Positions 28,346 to 38,120 of a DNA stretch of 64,000 bases are shown here, one piece after another. A program made the translations under genes and the position numbers. Position 1 is the stretch's first letter; every line of letters starts with the position of its first letter. Under the pieces are notes generated by a model. The model saw nothing but the letters and a program-made list of their open reading frames with translations. It was not told the DNA's origin and searched no databases. The stretch lies in IMG/VR virus record IMGVR_UViG_3300009011_000001, positions 62,001-126,000 of that record. One strand, 5' to 3'.

Positions 28346-29857
28346 TTACTGGCCGAGCTGCTGGTAGAAGTTGATCACGTTCTGGCGCTCAGGTTCGGTC
28401 ACGTACTGCAGGATGCGTTCCAGTTTGTACTGGCGGGCATCTTGAGCACGAGTGGCCGGCTGACGAGTGTTGATCAGCAGCGACAGGATGTCTTCGAAGG
28501 TACGGCCAGCTGCAACCGACAGTTTCATCTGCGCCCAGCCCTTGCGAGCCTTCTCAGGAACGAAGAGTACGTTGTACTCGGTGTTCACGAAGTTCAGCAA
28601 CTTCAGCCAGCCTTCGTGGAACTGCTGAGGGTCACGCTGCAGCACACTGCGGATGGTGTTGTACAGAACGACTTGTGCTTCGCCTGCACTGGCGGCGCTC
28701 AGGTTTGCACCCTTGCTGGTCATGGCCTGTTTATATTCGGCCAGTTTTGCGTCGAGAATCGTGTTGTCCATTGATGCCTCATCGGTGCCATTGTTCAGAC
28801 TGTCGAGGATCTTGTCTTGAGATGTGGCATTGCTCAGGCCCATCCGTTGACGAAGAACCTTGACGAGGTCTTCGGTTTTGTGGTTCAGGGTATCAATCTC
28901 ACCCAACAGGGCTGCCTTGATTTCCTTGAAAGTCCAGTGAGTCAGGGGCGCTGCAGAACGTGCGCGGTCTTCCAACAGAACGCCGTTGGCAGTTGCCTCT
29001 GGTTTCTTGCCGGTGTTGATGAACTCGATGGCTGCAGCCTCGGTCCAGTTACCCGGCAGGCGGTAACGGCGATACAGCTCATCGTGCAGAGTTTCGGCGA
29101 GGATGCCAGGAGGAGTCTTGATCTCACCGTTGGCCCAATCGACCAGAGCACCATCGGTCCAAGTAGCCATGTTCTTGGTACGGCGAATATCGACAGGCCA
29201 TTCGAGGTGGCTGGTCTTGTTCGGCATCACGCGCTTTTCGTCGAACAGCGTCAGAGCCGATTGGTCGAAAGCAGCCAGCGCATCAGCTTCGAGCTTCCCG
29301 GTCAGTTTCTTACGCAGAGAAACAGTGGCAGGTTTTTCGACTTCGGTGGCTTCAACCGGGTCTGGAACATTGACCAGCACTGCACCGTCTTGTGCGATGG
29401 TGACCGACTCGGCGGTGACAACGACTTCCTGCAAAGGCTCTTCAGCCACCGGATTTTCAGCGGCCACTTCTGCAATGGCTGCTTGCTCTTCAGTGGAAAG
29501 AATGTCGGCCAGCTTAGGTGGTTCCGGATCAGTGAGCTGAACGACTTCACCATCGGCGATGTCGTAAGGAGTCGCAAGAGCGCGCTCGCTCAGAGTGTTG
29601 TCGATTACCGGCGCCAGGTCCTGCGAGTCAGCTGGAGGTAGATCGGCAGCCAGTTGCTCGTCTGCATTTTCAGTTCCAAGCTCAGTTCCAGAGCCGCCCA
29701 CATTGCCACTGTCTTCATTGCTGTTCCCATTGGTATCTGCAACGCCTTCCGGAGCTGCCTGAGAGGTTTCGTCGTTGTCTGCAACCTGACCCACCAGTTC
29801 GGTGGTATCGTCCTGAGAAGACGTGTCAGTAGTGTTGCCGCGATTCTTTCTGCCCAT
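28346..29857 (-). CDS. Hypothetical protein with long acidic disordered N-terminus (gp81-like position)
   Basis: 503 aa; GAGG RBS; co-transcribed with the vRNAP beta' gene. Confidence 0.8.
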   Translation of the reverse strand: MGRKNRGNTTDTSSQDDTTELVGQVADNDETSQAAPEGVADTNGNSNEDSGNVGGSGTELGTENADEQLAADLPPADSQDLAPVIDNTLSERALATPYDIADGEVVQLTDPEPPKLADILSTEEQAAIAEVAAENPVAEEPLQEVVVTAESVTIAQDGAVLVNVPDPVEATEVEKPATVSLRKKLTGKLEADALAAFDQSALTLFDEKRVMPNKTSHLEWPVDIRRTKNMATWTDGALVDWANGEIKTPPGILAETLHDELYRRYRLPGNWTEAAAIEFINTGKKPEATANGVLLEDRARSAAPLTHWTFKEIKAALLGEIDTLNHKTEDLVKVLRQRMGLSNATSQDKILDSLNNGTDEASMDNTILDAKLAEYKQAMTSKGANLSAASAGEAQVVLYNTIRSVLQRDPQQFHEGWLKLLNFVNTEYNVLFVPEKARKGWAQMKLSVAAGRTFEDILSLLINTRQPATRAQDARQYKLERILQYVTEPERQNVINFYQQLGQ

Positions 29858-29863
29858 CGGTAA

Positions 29864-31156
29864 TTACCTCAAGAAGTTCTCAACATCGAGATCGGTTGTC
29901 TGAAGAGCCTTGGCGTGAGCAGAAGCCATCATCCTCGCCATCATGACCGACGGAATGTCCCCAATCATAGAGCCAAGGCTGTCAGGGTACTTGGCGAGCT
30001 TAGCGCCAGCGCAGATTGCGCACATGTCCCCGTTAGGCGTCTTGCAATAGCCAGGGGAGTACATTGGATAGATGCGACCCTCGTACTCCGGCAGGTTTTC
30101 TTCAGTGATCTGAACGATCTTCCCATCGATCAAAAAGTTCCGGCCAACACGGCGGCTCTCAACCTTCTGAATGAACTGCTCGTCGGTCTCGCAGAACTCT
30201 GGGACAATCTTGGCGTTCTGGAACACCCGGTTCATCAAGTCAACGTCTTCACCCGCCAGAGCGGTCAAAGCACCACGGAAGAAGGAACCAGCCCGCAGGC
30301 TGTTTACCATCTCAGGGTAGTAGTTGACGTCAAGACCTTCAAGCAGGCTGTTAGGGATCAGTGTTGCACGACCACCTTCTTCGAACCCGCCCTCAGGACC
30401 GTGAATAAGGAACATCCGCTTAATCGCCGTCTTGAACGATTTGGCTTTCAGCAAGAAGCCTTCAGCTGGGTTGCCCTTGATCATGTCCATGTAGTTCTTG
30501 ATCATGATGTCTTGGATCTTCGCCTGAATAACAGGATCGTCCAATTGACCTTTATGCTCTTCGAACAACTTGTCACGTAATTGCTTGTTGTCAGGCGGCG
30601 GCTGGAGCGACAACTCAGTCATCGACGGGATGAAGATCTCATACCCGCACAGGTCACCGATAGCGCGACCGAGGCGTTTATAATGCTTCACGTAAATCTG
30701 AGCCGGATCTTCTTCGGCTTCAGGCACGTCAGAGATCATCTTGTCGCAGACGATCTTGGCGATCTTCTTGATCTCGACCTGACCTGCTTGATAAGGATAG
30801 CGATCACCCAGTGCGTAAACCAACACGCGACTGTTGAAGATCAGGTCGCCCCAAGTGTTATCCTCAGGACGATCTTCTTTCAGGTTCTCTACATCACCTG
30901 CCCGAAGAGGGCCGCAGTCATCGTGATAGATGAATGGGATCTCATAAGGCTTGGTGTCTTCGAGAACCTCCCAGTCGAACCCGTTGTTGCCGTTCGGGAC
31001 GTAAACCTCAACAGCCTTGTCGGTGTGGCGCAATGTCCAAGGTTTGGGCTCCCCGGGAATCTCACCGATAACAGTGGTCATCGCCCGGAGAATCCATTCT
31101 CGGTTGTAGTGCGCCTGTGCCTTCATAGACCCGACGAAGTAGTCATGCCTATTCAT
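29864..31156 (-). CDS. Virion RNA polymerase beta'-like middle subunit (gp80-like)
   Basis: SLRAGSFFRGALTALAGE segment and SPGYCK...MCAICAG Zn motif. Confidence 0.85.
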   Translation of the reverse strand: MNRHDYFVGSMKAQAHYNREWILRAMTTVIGEIPGEPKPWTLRHTDKAVEVYVPNGNNGFDWEVLEDTKPYEIPFIYHDDCGPLRAGDVENLKEDRPEDNTWGDLIFNSRVLVYALGDRYPYQAGQVEIKKIAKIVCDKMISDVPEAEEDPAQIYVKHYKRLGRAIGDLCGYEIFIPSMTELSLQPPPDNKQLRDKLFEEHKGQLDDPVIQAKIQDIMIKNYMDMIKGNPAEGFLLKAKSFKTAIKRMFLIHGPEGGFEEGGRATLIPNSLLEGLDVNYYPEMVNSLRAGSFFRGALTALAGEDVDLMNRVFQNAKIVPEFCETDEQFIQKVESRRVGRNFLIDGKIVQITEENLPEYEGRIYPMYSPGYCKTPNGDMCAICAGAKLAKYPDSLGSMIGDIPSVMMARMMASAHAKALQTTDLDVENFLR

Positions 31157-32039
31157 CTACGTCTCCAAACATCGGTTGATAATGTGGCGTAAGCTTCACG
31201 CGTAACTGTTCTGCCTGCCGACGCATTTCGGCGTCGTAATACAAATCATCCAGCCAAGTGGACACGCCGATCATGGCGCTTTCGAAACTCTCGCACGAGA
31301 TAACCGACAAAGAGAAAAGGTCCTCAACAGCTTTCTCGACGGAGCAATCCATCAGCGTGACAACGTTAGCGGCGTAGAGCGATTCGAGACTCAGACCCAA
31401 CCCTCGGTCAGCCTTACCCAGCTCCGCACCCAACGTCCCAGCGTTAGATTTTACCAAATGATTCAATCGTTTGAGTAATGGAGCCGTTGCCAAGCTGGCC
31501 GAACGGTCAGAAATGTCCTGCTCCATCGATTCTGCGCAGAAGCGTCTGACCCGTCCACTGAAGGCATCGCTCACACGAGCAACCTGAGTGAACCAGTCAT
31601 CTTCTGAATAAGTGCCCATGAGATCAAGAATCGCGATGAGTGTCTGGACGGTATCGTCACTTGCATCAATCGCATCAATAACCAACTGAGGGAATTCGGT
31701 CGGATCAAACTTGAGAATGATGTCACAGGCTTCCGTCAACATTGCCAGTGGGATGTCGGGATCAAACTCGACTCCGCAATTGTTGAGGCAGGTCTCGGCG
31801 CCGATGCGCAGGATCTGATCTACAGAAACAACGATTTCTGCCTGATCGACAATCTGTGAATCCATTTGCTGATAAAGAACATCAAGCTCCTGAAGGTGAC
31901 CTTGAAAGTTCACGGAAGAGAGGAGCATGGCAAGCTCTACAAACTCTTCTTCCAATTCTGGAGTACAGCGCCCACGGACGATTTCTCGTACCGTGGACTC
32001 TGTGACATTATCTTCAACTTCAGCTTGTACATCACTCAT
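31149..32039 (-). CDS. Conserved acidic protein (gp79-like)
   Basis: 296 aa from MSDVQAE, which has a GGAG RBS; the longer start would overlap the divergent gene. Confidence 0.75.
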   Translation of the reverse strand: MSDVQAEVEDNVTESTVREIVRGRCTPELEEEFVELAMLLSSVNFQGHLQELDVLYQQMDSQIVDQAEIVVSVDQILRIGAETCLNNCGVEFDPDIPLAMLTEACDIILKFDPTEFPQLVIDAIDASDDTVQTLIAILDLMGTYSEDDWFTQVARVSDAFSGRVRRFCAESMEQDISDRSASLATAPLLKRLNHLVKSNAGTLGAELGKADRGLGLSLESLYAANVVTLMDCSVEKAVEDLFSLSVISCESFESAMIGVSTWLDDLYYDAEMRRQAEQLRVKLTPHYQPMFGDVDE

Positions 32040-32132
32040 GTATAAAGACTCCAGAAACGTCGTATAAATCTTATTGATAATTCGGCCCACATTCGGGCGT
32101 TTGACAAAATATTCATAATAGAGGTCGAGGAC

Positions 32133-32621
32133 ATGGGTAAAAAGAAAAGTAAGCAGGGGGGATTCCAAGCGCGCGGAACATCACCTCTTCAAAATTGCAT
32201 CCGTAATGAGCGGTCAGTTCTGAAAAGCAGCAGTAAGCTGGATGCGTCGATTGCAGACGCCGCTAAAATTCTGGTCGAGTTGCCGGCCGGCATGAGCGAA
32301 CTGAAACGCTCAGGTCACGAAGGTCGCATCCCGGATCTCATCGCGCTGAACCGATCCACCGCCCGTGACCTCGACGGTTTTGTTGCTGAGAAAGTAAAGC
32401 TGGATAAGACGCTGCAGTCTCACGTCGCCAGCCGTCCTTCCGATATCTCCGAACTGGCTGATTATAATAGCCGTACGCTGAGCATCGGTAATGACTTCGT
32501 TCAACTCGGCCAGAAGATGATCAGCACCGTCGGTAAGAGCACCGAGCAGATCATCAACATCCTTACACCAGAAGCTGACGAGCCGAGTGTCGCGCCCGTC
32601 CTTGAAGAGGCAGTAGTCTGA
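32133..32621 (+). CDS. Hypothetical helical protein
   Basis: 162 aa; TGATG coupling to the next gene. Confidence 0.8.
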   Translation: MGKKKSKQGGFQARGTSPLQNCIRNERSVLKSSSKLDASIADAAKILVELPAGMSELKRSGHEGRIPDLIALNRSTARDLDGFVAEKVKLDKTLQSHVASRPSDISELADYNSRTLSIGNDFVQLGQKMISTVGKSTEQIINILTPEADEPSVAPVLEEAVV

Positions 32622-34453
32622 TGACCGACGAAACTACCGGCATTGGCGCAGAAGGCGCCGATAACGATACCGGCACTCCTTTGAACGCAGCGGAGGGTAG
32701 CTTCCATGCCGACGATGTACATGATCCGGCTAACGCCTCCGACGATGATTTCAATGTTGCCGCTGCCGAAGAGAACCCACCCGAAGCTCCGGCACCAGTT
32801 GCATCTGCGCCAGTCGGTGACAACATCCAGGACGAACTTCCTCAACTGCCTGAAAACCCGGCGGATGACGAACCAGAAGAAATCTACTCCGGCGACTGGA
32901 ACCCAGTCCCTGGCGTAAGTATCGATCAGGCTCCGATTACTGAGCCGATGACCGATGAGCTTCTGGCCCAGTTCGCCAAGTTTGGTAAAGTAGTTCTGAC
33001 GAACATGAACCTGCCGGAAGTTCTGCAGCTCGATCAGATCCTGCGTCTGCGCATCATGGTCGCTCAGCGCGATCGCTACGACCGTATCAACAAAGGTCTG
33101 CCGGCTGACAGCTTCATCGAAATCGATATGCCGCAACTTGGCAAGATCTACATGACCGATGAAGAGCAGCGTGCTCTGAATCTGATCAACGATTTCAAAC
33201 GTCAGGTGGCGTTCAACCACATCGGCGACATTATCGAAGACGACGAGAAAGCAACGAACCGTCCGATGGTCGATGGCCAGCCCATCATGATGGGCCTGGC
33301 TTCCAACCCAGGTAATAACGATGGCCTCGCCGCCATTCGTGAAGATCTGGGTCTGGGCCACAAGATCGCCGTTCCTTTCTGGGCAAGTGGTTTCCACGCC
33401 CGCATGGCAGCGCCGGGTGCGTTGGCGCAGATCAGCCTCGATACCCAGCTGGGCCAAGAGAAGATCCGTGAAGCATTGGAATCGGCCGGCTACGCTTTGG
33501 CAGCGCCTGCGGTATTCCTGAACCGCGAAATCACCGATCATGCGATCAAGCACTTGATCTCGACTACCCTCGGTACTGTCGATGCGAAGACCATCAAGGA
33601 AACGCTGTCGATCCTCGACTTCGATCAGATCGTTACGTCGCTGGCTTATGCCACGTATCCAAAAGGTTTCCCTGTTACTCGCCGTTGCGTTAACAGCGCA
33701 CTGAACTGCGATGGCGAAATCACCGACCTGATGAACATCAACCGTATGGTTATTGTTCTTGAAGAACGGCTGGATCAGAACCAACTGCGGTTCATGTCCA
33801 AGCGTGGCGGTAACAGCGTCGTTGACCTGAAGAACGTCAAGGCGTATCAGGAGAAGATGCGTCCGAACATCAGCCGCTACGTTGAGCTGAAGCCGGGTAT
33901 TCGCCTGAAGCTACGCATTCCGACTATTGCTCAGTACGAAGCTACCTCCACAGCGTGGATCGACAACATGACGGCGGAAGCCAAAGCGTTGATCGGCACC
34001 AATGCTCGCGAAGAAGATCGTCAGAACTATCTGGTTCGCGCACAGGCCGTTTCGACGGTGATGGCGTACGCTCACTGGGTTGAAGCAATTGTCCGTCAGG
34101 GCGCTGAACTGGAAGACGAGCCGATCGTTGTTAAAACCCGTAACCTGGGTGAGAACGCAACGCCGGATCAACAGTTCGAAGCCGATCGTGAGATCGACGA
34201 GTTCCTGCGTGACTTCGCATCCAGCCCTGAGCTGACTCAGTTGTTCACGGCCGCGCTGGAGAAATTCATCGCTGCAATGACCATTACCTGCGTCTGCCTG
34301 CCGAAAGTGCATTGCCCGAAATGTGGCCAGCCTATCGACAAGGACACCGGCTCCAAGCAAGACCACCCAGAGCTGGTTACCATTAACCCAACCGAGTTTT
34401 TTTTTACCCTACTCCGCCGCAAAATCGCAAGTGCATTGCGTACGACCAACTAG
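32621..34453 (+). CDS. Conserved protein (gp77-like), candidate tail/baseplate assembly chaperone; 0-frame product of a putative frameshift pair
   Basis: 610 aa; acidic N-terminus; C-x6-C and CPKC Cys motifs; T9 run near the 3' end. Confidence 0.8.
   Translation: MTDETTGIGAEGADNDTGTPLNAAEGSFHADDVHDPANASDDDFNVAAAEENPPEAPAPVASAPVGDNIQDELPQLPENPADDEPEEIYSGDWNPVPGVSIDQAPITEPMTDELLAQFAKFGKVVLTNMNLPEVLQLDQILRLRIMVAQRDRYDRINKGLPADSFIEIDMPQLGKIYMTDEEQRALNLINDFKRQVAFNHIGDIIEDDEKATNRPMVDGQPIMMGLASNPGNNDGLAAIREDLGLGHKIAVPFWASGFHARMAAPGALAQISLDTQLGQEKIREALESAGYALAAPAVFLNREITDHAIKHLISTTLGTVDAKTIKETLSILDFDQIVTSLAYATYPKGFPVTRRCVNSALNCDGEITDLMNINRMVIVLEERLDQNQLRFMSKRGGNSVVDLKNVKAYQEKMRPNISRYVELKPGIRLKLRIPTIAQYEATSTAWIDNMTAEAKALIGTNAREEDRQNYLVRAQAVSTVMAYAHWVEAIVRQGAELEDEPIVVKTRNLGENATPDQQFEADREIDEFLRDFASSPELTQLFTAALEKFIAAMTITCVCLPKVHCPKCGQPIDKDTGSKQDHPELVTINPTEFFFTLLRRKIASALRTTN
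34397..34405 (+). other. Putative programmed -1 frameshift or slippage site (GAG TTT TTT TTT)
   Basis: T9 in register as T TTT TTT; the -1 frame is open from 34387 to 34890. Confidence 0.65.
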
Positions 34454-34527
34454 GAAAGGCGCACATCAACCACGTCGTCTCAATCGACTTCGGGGAAGAT
34501 GTTTCGCCGTATACGCCGGGCACCCAC

Positions 34528-34890
34528 ATGTACGACGTCATCTTGAATACCAAGATCGACGATTCAAAATCCAAGCGCCTTGTGTGGCTTGAAGCATACG
34601 ACCAAACCTTCGGTCTGTTCGACCATGAGAAAGATGGCCACCGGCCTGAAAATCAAATGGCAGTCATGCGCATGCATCCGGCTGAGGACATGGCTACGGG
34701 AAACCGTTTGCGTGGATTGATGAAAGAGTTGGTTGCCTGTCGTATTCCCGAGATCACCAACGAACCCCTATCGAGACTCCTCCATTATCCTTTGGATATT
34801 TTGGAAGAGTATTTGGTAGAGGGGCGTAAAGCTCGTGCGCATCAGCAAAAGCTTCAGGATGATCTTGAGGCGGGGTTGAAAGAGAAGTAA
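34528..34890 (+). CDS. Conserved protein (gp76-like), probably the C-terminal extension of the frameshifted product
   Basis: Frame extends upstream to 34387 without a stop; ATG 34528 has no clear RBS. Confidence 0.7.
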   Translation: MYDVILNTKIDDSKSKRLVWLEAYDQTFGLFDHEKDGHRPENQMAVMRMHPAEDMATGNRLRGLMKELVACRIPEITNEPLSRLLHYPLDILEEYLVEGRKARAHQQKLQDDLEAGLKEK

Positions 34891-34892
34891 AC

Positions 34893-34929
34893 GACATAGA
34901 CCCCGGCACTGAGCCGGGGTCTATGCTGT
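34893..34929. terminator. Bidirectional CATA-hairpin-TATG element
   Basis: catagaccccggc-actga-gccggggtctatg between convergent genes. Confidence 0.85.
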
Positions 34930-34931
34930 CA

Positions 34932-36257
34932 TCAGAAGAGCTTACGAACGTTGTCCCGATACTTGCTGATGTAGTTGTTGGCAGAGATGTTGATCTTGCC
35001 TTTATTAGCGAGCAGGAACTTGTCGACCACCTTCGTTACTTCCAGACCACCTTTGGCAATCTTCAGCGTCGCTTCGTTACGGGCTTCAACCAACTGAGCC
35101 AGAGCGTTCTCCAGTTCAGTGAAAGCCTGCACCGTCGACGTGATGTTGCCGAAGAAGGAAGTCAGGTGAATAGCGTAGGCATCTTGCAGGCCGGGCTTCA
35201 ACGCAGTCTCGCTGAAGTTCGCCAGACGATCCAACACAGGGCCAGTTTTTGCACTCGACCATTTGATCGTTTCGATGATCTCTTTGGACCAATCGTCGAT
35301 CTGCATGTTCAAGATCAGTTCGCTGTACTTCTCTTTGGAGAGCTGGCCGTGGCGGCTAGACAGCGACTTCATGTAACCCTGGATGTAGTTGGTGACCGAT
35401 TGGAAATCAGACATCCGCTTGTCGACGTGAATGTCACGGCGAGAGTAGCCATAGCTGGTCGCCAGATTGGTCAGGTTACCATTCGTCAGGTTCAGCATCT
35501 TCAGCGTTTCGATCGCCTCACGGATGTCCACTTCAGTCTCGGCTGTAACCAAGTCATTCATGAACTCATCGACCGCCTGAATGAACGGAGGAATCGTTAC
35601 CTTGAGAGCGCCAGAGATTGCATCCAGTGCCCGGTTCCGATCCTCAGCCTTCTCGATGAAGAACGTGTGGATTTCACGCCAGCCTTTGTTCAGGTTGTTC
35701 AGCGAGTTGACGATAGCGCCTTGGCGCACCTTGCGGTAGTCGTCAGCCACAGGCAGGTTGTGCAGGGTCTTGTCGACATTGATCAGGTAGTCCTGAACAG
35801 CCGCTACACGATCAGCCAGACTGTCAATGGCAATCGTACGGCGTTCGTTACCGTTCAGGAATTCCCACAGGCGTTTGAAGGAACGCACGATGAAGTTCAA
35901 GATATCGCGCAGCACCTTAACCACGGCGTTGTACGCAGTGGACACGAAGCCTTCAGTAGAGACGGCGTAGTTGATGCTGCTCGGATCCGAGGTGAAACTA
36001 CCCACGGGATATTTCTGGAGGAGCTTCTTCAGAGAGGGGTATTTCTCAGCCAGGTGCTGAACTTTCTGAATGTCGTCACGACACACAACGCCACGGTTCA
36101 GAATCCCGCTATAAGAAGCGAAGACCAGATCCATGTCGTTATAGTCCTGAGTGTACAGGGGATTATCGGGTACCACTCGGGTTTGTTCAAACAGTTCGGC
36201 ATCCGGAATGACCTCATCCGACTCGAACGATGCGTCTTCCAAAAATACAGTGCTCAT
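34932..36257 (-). CDS. Internal head protein (gp86-like)
   Basis: 441 aa; SFE and STE prohead-protease-type sites. Confidence 0.75.
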   Translation of the reverse strand: MSTVFLEDASFESDEVIPDAELFEQTRVVPDNPLYTQDYNDMDLVFASYSGILNRGVVCRDDIQKVQHLAEKYPSLKKLLQKYPVGSFTSDPSSINYAVSTEGFVSTAYNAVVKVLRDILNFIVRSFKRLWEFLNGNERRTIAIDSLADRVAAVQDYLINVDKTLHNLPVADDYRKVRQGAIVNSLNNLNKGWREIHTFFIEKAEDRNRALDAISGALKVTIPPFIQAVDEFMNDLVTAETEVDIREAIETLKMLNLTNGNLTNLATSYGYSRRDIHVDKRMSDFQSVTNYIQGYMKSLSSRHGQLSKEKYSELILNMQIDDWSKEIIETIKWSSAKTGPVLDRLANFSETALKPGLQDAYAIHLTSFFGNITSTVQAFTELENALAQLVEARNEATLKIAKGGLEVTKVVDKFLLANKGKINISANNYISKYRDNVRKLF

Positions 36258-36296
36258 TTCACGTCCTTCTTAACAAATTGTTTTAGTGAAGCCGCC

Positions 36297-36740
36297 TTAG
36301 GCAGCTTCTTTCTCGATGTGGCTCTTGAGCAGGGCTACAGTGTCCGAGATCTTGCCGGAGTCCAGGCAGAGGTTGTCCATCTCAGGAACGAGGTTGCGGA
36401 AAACATCGCCGAACATCTTGTCGCCATGGAGCAGATCCATTGGCTTGCAGCAGTAGGCAATCTCGTAACGGCGCTGGTAGATCTTGAACGCCAGTTGTTG
36501 GGCACGATCGACTTCGAACGGGAGGATCTCGTTGATGTCGTACATGCAGGCCTGATACTGCTCGATGTTCTCGAAGAAGTATTGCTGCAGGCCTTGCTCA
36601 GGCACGTCAGCAGGAGGCAGGTGTACTTGGCTACCGACGGCCAGTGCGATGCACAGAGTAACGTGCTGACGCAGGCAGGACTGATCAAAGCCGGCCGGCA
36701 AGTTGTTGAAGTGGTTGTGGACTGCGATCGGATTGAGCAT
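36297..36740 (-). CDS. Virion structural protein (gp85-like)
   Basis: 147 aa; operon context. Confidence 0.7.
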   Translation of the reverse strand: MLNPIAVHNHFNNLPAGFDQSCLRQHVTLCIALAVGSQVHLPPADVPEQGLQQYFFENIEQYQACMYDINEILPFEVDRAQQLAFKIYQRRYEIAYCCKPMDLLHGDKMFGDVFRNLVPEMDNLCLDSGKISDTVALLKSHIEKEAA

Positions 36741-36745
36741 GGTTC

Positions 36746-38044
36746 CTACCTTAGGTCGGCTGAGAATTCAAAGAAACGGTTGTTAGCAAGGTTTTCCTTC
36801 ATCTGATTCGCACCAAGTGAATGAGCCTTGCCCGAAATCATATCCAGCGTGTACGTCGTGAGCTGGTTGATGACGTTAACGAACGGGTGGATGTTGCTGG
36901 CTTCTTCGTCGATGATCTTGAGGTCAGCGAGAGCCTGCTTGCGCAAGTCTACTGGCAGATCACGATCCTTCAGAAGGTTGACGATTTCGTTACGGATAGC
37001 TCGGATGCGTTGCTGCATCGGAGGGTACACGTCGGCTTTCAGGCCGTAGAAGCTGCCGCTAATAAAGAAGCTAGCGGCAAAGCCAAACGCCAGACGACGC
37101 ATGACGTGCAGGGTCAGTTCTGCAATACCTTTCGACAGAGCAAAACCGTAGGGCAACATAACAACGGTCAGGAGGTTGCTCATCACACCCACCCACATGT
37201 TGTCGTAGCCAGGCTCCGCATCCATCCAGCCTTTTGCTCGTTCCAACTTGCTGAGCGCACGAACCAGATCTTTACCAACCATCCAGCGGGCAGCAAACTG
37301 ATCGGCCATTGCTTCAGCCAACCGTTGATCGTACCAACGGGTGTTGTAGGCGCGCTGCATGCGCTTGACCTGACCTTCCAGCACCAGTGCCGTGATCTCG
37401 CTACTGGACACGTCGCTTGGAATCTTCTGATCGTTCTCAGAGAGCTTCAAGGCACAGCGGGCAAGGGCGAACTTACGGGACTCGCTTTCCTGCATGTCCA
37501 TCCGACCGACCAGCTCGGCGAGGATCACGTTGGTCAGAAGCGTCTGACCTAGGAACTCACAGATCGACCAAGGATGGCCAAGTTCGTGAGTGAAGATGGC
37601 GGCCAGTTCAGCGGCTTCGAAACTACCGTCGAACATCGTGTGGGAAATGCCGCAGCGGAAAGGGATCTTCGAATAGAAGCCAGACACCTTGCCATTCTTA
37701 CGGTCGATCGAACCATTGAGGATCTCGATCGTTTCGAGCTTACCCAGCTCGTACTTGTCCATCATCTCCGACGCCTTCACGTTGATCGGAGAGTAGGCGT
37801 TGAAGTTTGGATCAAGCACGAACATGCTGAAAGCTTTTGCAGCTTTGCTTTCAAGCAGGACTGGAGTAACGAACAGCCCGGTTGCACCACCGACGATCGG
37901 AGTGATCTGTTCGAACAGGGCATCGGATTCAGGCCTTGAGGCTTTTATGTCGATGATTTTCTGAAAAACAGCAGCAATGGCCTTTGGAAGATTGCTATTC
38001 GTTTGAAATGCAATAGCCTCCATCGACTCTTGGAATTGACCCAT
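36746..38044 (-). CDS. Virion zincin-like metallopeptidase-family protein (gp84-like)
   Basis: HELGH (HExxH) and downstream EAMADQFA; hydrophobic segments; N-terminal SME site. Confidence 0.75.
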   Translation of the reverse strand: MGQFQESMEAIAFQTNSNLPKAIAAVFQKIIDIKASRPESDALFEQITPIVGGATGLFVTPVLLESKAAKAFSMFVLDPNFNAYSPINVKASEMMDKYELGKLETIEILNGSIDRKNGKVSGFYSKIPFRCGISHTMFDGSFEAAELAAIFTHELGHPWSICEFLGQTLLTNVILAELVGRMDMQESESRKFALARCALKLSENDQKIPSDVSSSEITALVLEGQVKRMQRAYNTRWYDQRLAEAMADQFAARWMVGKDLVRALSKLERAKGWMDAEPGYDNMWVGVMSNLLTVVMLPYGFALSKGIAELTLHVMRRLAFGFAASFFISGSFYGLKADVYPPMQQRIRAIRNEIVNLLKDRDLPVDLRKQALADLKIIDEEASNIHPFVNVINQLTTYTLDMISGKAHSLGANQMKENLANNRFFEFSADLR

Positions 38045-38120
38045 GACCGAACTCCAGTGAGTGGGTAGTTATCTACATAATCTGCCTATGATTTAATAGG
38101 TACTGGAACGAGAACAGCCC

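Noticed and set aside
34323-34592. 89-aa ORF in the +1 frame across the T9 site
   Set aside because: Low-complexity basic translation that ends early; the -1 frame is the one continuous with the downstream gene
34923-36806. 627-aa plus-strand ORF spanning two minus-strand genes
   Set aside because: Antisense to head-protein genes that lie in the same register; V/Q/H/R-rich composition typical of shadow frames
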